Positions 58,901 through 64,000 of a stretch of DNA of 64,000 nt are shown in pieces. The notes under the pieces were generated by a model. That model saw nothing but the letters and a program-made list of their open reading frames with translations, searched no databases and was not told where the DNA came from. How positions within the stretch are numbered: the stretch's first letter is position 1; each line of letters begins with the position of its first letter. This DNA is from Auanema rhodensis (lineage: Eukaryota; Animalia; Nematoda): contig OZ059898.1 of assembly GCA_964057225.1 (NCBI GenBank), positions 8,494,001 through 8,558,000 on the forward strand, written 5' to 3'. A program made the translations under genes and the position numbers.

Positions 58901-60022
58901 AGTGGAGGACCTCCTAAGAATACTGTTCCATTTCCCTTTACTATAATGGCCTGATCTGACATTGCAGGCACATAGGCTCCACCAGCTGTACAACTTCCCA
59001 TAACGACAGCTAGTTGCGGAATTCCCATAGCACTCATAGTGGCCTATCAGTATCAAAAAATCACCTGACACAGCCGTAAACGAAATACCTGATTATAGAA
59101 AATGCGTCCAAAGTGTTGGCTATCAGCGAAGATATCAGCCTGGCGAGGAAGGTTAGCTCCTCCGGAATCAACAAGATAAATGCATGGTAAACCGTTTTCT
59201 CTTTAAAAAAAAGACAATTAAACAAAAATTTAAAAAAAAAACCTGGCAATTTCCTGAGCTCTCAAATGCTTCTTGACAGTAATTGGATAATACGTTCCTC
59301 CTTTGACAGTTGCATCATTAGCAACAATTACACAAAGTTTACCAGCAACAGAACCAATACCAGTTACAATGCCTCCAGCGGGAACTTCTTCTTTGTCATA
59401 GCAATTGTAACCAGCCAATTGACTAAGTTCAAGAAAAGCACTACCAGGATCGACAAGAGCATTAATTCTTTCTCGAGCAAGTAACTTATTACGACTTTTA
59501 TGAAGTTTAACAGCTTTTTCGCCTCCGCCTTGATTAATCTTATCAATTTTGGCTTTGAGATCGTTAACAATTTCATTCATCTGCTGTGAATTTTGGGAGA
59601 AATCCTCAGAGGAGGTATCGATGGCGGAATTAATTGGTTTCCAAATTGTTGCATAAGGATTTGTTGAACAATGATGGTCACGAACAGTGATGCTAAAATA
59701 AGGGAGCCATGAGCTCAGCTCAAAACACCCATGAATATTTTGGTGACACACGCCAAATCAAGTAAAGATATTATAATTAAACTATACCAATTAGGATATG
59801 CAGATCTGTGAATCAATGGATCGGCTCCAAGTATTTGACGCCTGTGATATAAATCTTTCAAATAAGTCCTCTCCCATCTAGCCCGTAGAAACCGTACTAT
59901 AAGCATATGCATGAAAAATTTTAATTAAAATGTTGCAAGCAAACTATAAAATTAGAGAGCGACTCACATGATTGATGGTTTGTTGAGCGTGGTCCCAACC
60001 GTTGAGCAAGGCACCCAAGCAT
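55970..60022 (-). CDS. mrpl-44: Mitochondrial ribosomal protein L44 (leader exons 60022-59968 and 59896-59788, body from 57358)
   Basis: RSAYPN TG|...ttccag|G AAC TAC gives [17 protein letters not shown]. Also [27 protein letters not shown] and [16 protein letters not shown] (RNase III-like plus dsRBD pattern of MRPL44). Confidence 0.9.
57686..60022 (-). CDS. MCCC2: Methylcrotonoyl-CoA carboxylase beta chain (same leader exons, body from 59692)
   Basis: [11 protein letters not shown]; [27 protein letters not shown]; [10 protein letters not shown]; [13 protein letters not shown]; [11 protein letters not shown]; [12 protein letters not shown]; ends FGVFRM*. Confidence 0.95.
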
Positions 60023-60198
60023 ATTTAAACTAGAACAAAATTATTCAACCAATCGATAATTTTATTTTTTAATGCATAAATAACTGTTTAAATAAAACAA
60101 AATATTTTGATTATATTATTTGAAAGAGGTAGTGCTCCAATATATTAACTACCGTAATATTACTCGCGGTGGGACCAATTTTTCGACCTCGACCGAGT

Positions 60199-60207
60199 CG
60201 CGGGAAA
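60199..60207. promoter_or_regulatory. E2F/DREAM-type site (TTTCCCGCG on - strand) in the divergent promoter of cyclin A and mrpl-44/MCCC2
   Basis: Exact match to the E2F consensus TTTSSCGC in a CpG-containing patch. A CHR-like TTTGAAA lies near 60119. Upstream of a cyclin A gene. Confidence 0.5.
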
Positions 60208-60663
60208 TCATAATTTTTGGACGGCGTCTTCACGCTTATCGGTTACACTCACGTTATTATTGTCTCTTTTACATTTGGGGTTGGTTGTTTTTATGTCTCA
60301 TTTATGATGCACATGTGTTAGTTCGAAAACTTAAGTTTAATTTAAAAACTTTTTTTGTTGCTCATGTTTTTTTCATAAGTCTTAACAGTGTATTGAGAGT
60401 GACAGGTTTGTGAGTGTGACTATCATAATGGATTTCATCAAGTTGCTTGGTGATTTCGTATCGAGGATTTCTTCCTAGTATAAGGATATTAATGATCCAA
60501 ATTATATTTAGTAATAAAGTTCAAATATTTATAATTTCGTTTCAGTGTATGCAATAAATTTTCTCGACTAACCCAGATCTTTCTTCAATTAAATCTTTCT
60601 TTTGATTTTAGTAGGGTATGTCTATTTACCATATATTTTATAATATAATAATATAGTAGAGAA

Positions 60664-62312
60664 ATGTCTAATACTTATGGAGCCAAAGGCTTGACACTAC
60701 GTTGTAACGCTCAAAGACTTGTTCGTCAAGTAGCTAAGAGCGACCTTCACTCGGAGAATAATTTAAAAACTGCTGTACTTGCACCTGTAAGCATTGCTTT
60801 TCATAAATTGGCATATTACTTGTTTTGTAGCCCCAAAGATCTGCGGCTATTTCTACCAAGACTGGGCCGCCAAATGCATTTACAGTTTACCGCGACTCTC
60901 CTTCCCCAGTTCGTGAACAGGAGAATAATATTATTTATCAAATCGAAAGAAAGTTACGAGAGGAAAAGGTTTGTTGGTGTTTATCGTGCTTTTAGAATCA
61001 TTACTTGTAGACCAAAGAAGTTTTGAAAAATTCACCCAAGGATAAAAGAAAACCTCTAACAATTCTCAAAGAGAACAATTATGAGTTAGACGATGTGAGT
61101 TTTATTACGATGTAACATAATTTCATTTTTCATTTAGGAAGTATTTACTGCATGTAACTCGGGTGCAACATCCACCAGGCAGGAACTGTCAAATTTTAAT
61201 CTTAACGATGATGACAAAGCCTCGCAATCTTCATATCAAAGTGCTCAAGAATACGAAGTAGATAGAAGCGAATATGAATCGGCTATTAGTCAAGAAAGTG
61301 CAGAGGATCTTTTGTTTTCAGCACCTGAATTCTCTCACGACATTTATTTGTTCGTTGTTTGAAGCCGACTTAATCTATATGTTACCTGTTACAGATACAT
61401 GAGAGACAGAGAAACAAAAATTCGGGCGAAACCAAACTTTATTTCAAAACAACCAGAAATAAACAATGAAATGAGGTATATCCTTATTGATTGGTTGAGT
61501 GAAGTAGCTGCTGAGTATAGCTTACATCAGGTTATTCAGTTTCTAGAAATCTTTTTTCTATTATAGTAATTTCCAGGAAACTCTTCACTTAGCTTCATCT
61601 CTGGTAGATCGTACCTTGTCCCGTTTCAAAGTTGAAAAGCAACGATTGCAATTAGTAGGAGCTACTGCCATGATGATCGCAGCGTTAGATGCTCTATTAG
61701 ATTTTATTAATATGCTTAACATTTTAGTAAATACGAAGAAATATATCCACCACAGTTGAAAGACTTTGTTTATTTGACTGAAGATTGCTTCACAGGAAAA
61801 CAGGCATGTTTATTTGTTTATACATGTTTATAAAAAAAAACTTACAGTTTCTGATGATGGAAAGAGCTATTCTTAATGAGCTTAGATTCGATGTTTGTGC
61901 CCCAACAGCACAATGGTTTGGATCACGGTTCGCCAACATTCAGAAAGCTAATAAACGAACAACCCACGCCATGCAATATCTTCTGGATTTATCCCTTTTA
62001 GAACCTACTTTTGTTTCCTTTAGGCCTTCGTATATTGCAGCTGCTAGTCTTTGCTACGCTAACATTCTCACAGGTTTGTTCTGAGTGCTAATCTGGGATA
62101 CTTATTGTTTTCTAGGACCAATACCCTGGAGTTCGAAACTCGAGGAGACTACCGGTATTATGGCTTGTAATTTGGATAACATTCTTCATCTCTTGCATAA
62201 GATGTTTGTTGATGTGCCTAACCGTAGACACCGGTCTGTGTATAATCGATACTGTGAGAGTGACAAAAGCGAAGTAGCTATCATTGAGGCTCCAACTACT
62301 TTACGATTTTAG
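60664..62312 (+). CDS. cya-1: Cyclin A
   Basis: MRYILIDWL; [12 protein letters not shown]; [13 protein letters not shown]|KYEEIYPP; [10 protein letters not shown]; D-box-like RKPL in the N-terminus. Confidence 0.92.
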
Positions 62313-62912
62313 AATTTTTCTTTGTCATCATTCTCATCCTTACTAACCAATTTTCTGAATCTCTAAAATTGCTCAAATGGGCAACTGACTCTTGGCTTGG
62401 CATACAAAGCTTCTCATCTATGCTCATTTTTATTGTACAAAATTTTTAATTCATTTTTTCTTTCAAGTTCTGAATGAATGAGTAGCTTCTACGCCCAAAA
62501 GATTTTTATTTTGTTGCGCTAATTTATTACTGATTATTTTTATTTATATGAATAGGTTTTGCTTGTAGCCTACCATTACCTAATTGTCCAAGTGACATAC
62601 TGATTTAGAGCCATATATTTATGTACTCCCCGATCTGCATGTACCATACTTAGTATAATCTAACTTAGGGAAATCTTAATTGTCTTGCATAAATTTGTGC
62701 TCTCTTATGTTTAGCTTACTTGATACATATTCCATATTAGCTTTAAATGATAAACCTTAAAAAAATAAGTAGTCCTCCTTTTATTCAAATACATGTACAA
62801 ACATAACATTCAATAAACAGATATGGAATGGCGATCACAAAGCAAATATTCGTTCTTACAATGGTTTATCGATAGTTCAGAACAACGAGAAAGAGCTAGC
62901 AAAATTCAATTT

Positions 62913-64000
62913 CTAATAATTATGTGAATAACCAGACTGTTGTGGATATCCTGACTGTGGGTATGGCTGCTGTGGATATGGCTGTTGGGGATATTGCTGT
63001 TGTGGTGGGTATCCCTGCTGTTGTGGTGGGTATCCCTGTTGCTGTGGTGGGTACCCCTGTGGGTAAGATTGTTGTGGATAACCGTTATGATCAGGATATT
63101 GCTGCATTGGATACTCTTGTGGATATTGACCTGAAGAAAAAGTATTTTACGTAGTACGGATCTTTTGTATTACCTTGGCCCTGATAACCTTCTTCATACT
63201 TGTTTTCTTCTCGAGGAAGAATACAATCAAAAACTGAACGGCACATACAATAAGCAACAGCGCAGCAGCAACAACAGCCAATCAGGATAAGGAGTAGAAT
63301 TCTGAAAATGAAAAGAATTACAAATACCTCAAGCTGTAAAATATCAAGCTGTATAAGCATATTAGTAGCATATTAGGGAAACAAGGACACAAATTATGTT
63401 TGAACGGAAAATAAAAAGTTGAGTAGCGCCGAGATGAAGAAACCGATCAAACTCATAGATCCGTGCTTCAACTTACATAAAATAGTGGTTAAGAAGAACA
63501 GTCTGAAGAACTTTTTCTTTGAATTGTAATCGACCATTATCGATGTCGACATTTTTGAAGAATATTTTCACATAAATGAACAAGTCACATACCAACAGTT
63601 GAACATATATAGTTGCACACGTATTAAAAAAAGGTTAGAGCTTACGCGAAGAGGATTCCAGTAAGTGAAAATTTAGAATTCGATGCTTGACTATCACCAC
63701 TTTTAACATTTTGTTGCACTTGAGCTGGACAACAGTCAGATCCACAACATACTTCAACGTCTTTTTTGCATCCCCAAATAATAGTTTTAGGTCTACTTCC
63801 ATCTTGGAATTGAATCTTGAAAAAAAATCTCTTTTTGAACATTTGAGAATTAACTTACGTTTCCGATAGCTTGAGCTGTGGAAGGAGTAGTCGAGGGAGC
63901 AACAGTAGTTGTGGTACTAGCGTCGTCTTGAGCTTGAGTTACTGGGGCAACAGTAGTTGTAGTTGTAGTGGTGGTGTTAGCTTCCAGAGCAGCAACCTGA
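62913..64000 (-). CDS. CX-module single-pass membrane protein with Thr-rich stretch and Q/Y/P-repeat tail (5' end outside window)
   Basis: GN|[29 protein letters not shown] resembles the nematode CX module. [20 protein letters not shown]. Tail with GYPPQQQ repeats. Confidence 0.75.

Overview
Eukaryotic, AT-rich, intron-dense DNA with nematode hallmarks: TTTCAG/TTTTAG acceptors, ~45-nt introns, acceptor-like sites just before ATGs, and rhabditid-like proteins. I assembled about 14 spliced gene models by hand. From left to right they are: a secreted-protein locus with one signal-peptide cassette and three alternative terminal exons, MRPL57/MRP63, an SRA1-like protein, two unknown genes, a Mesh/SUSD2-type NIDO-AMOP-VWD-Sushi membrane protein, a WW-PDZ-FERM scaffold (frm-8/FRMPD4-like) with a 10.8-kb (GA)n-rich intron, a SLAIN-like microtubule +TIP, nud-1, acaa-2, wrn-1, an MRPL44/MCCC2 locus, cyclin A, and a partial CX-module membrane protein. 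Two 'shared targeting leader' systems stand out. (1) Two leader exons (mitochondrial presequence) splice alternatively to two unrelated coding units, MCCC2 and MRPL44, with MCCC2 lying inside an MRPL44 intron. (2) One signal peptide splices to three different last exons. All exon boundaries and family assignments come from manual reading and remembered motifs, not from database searches.
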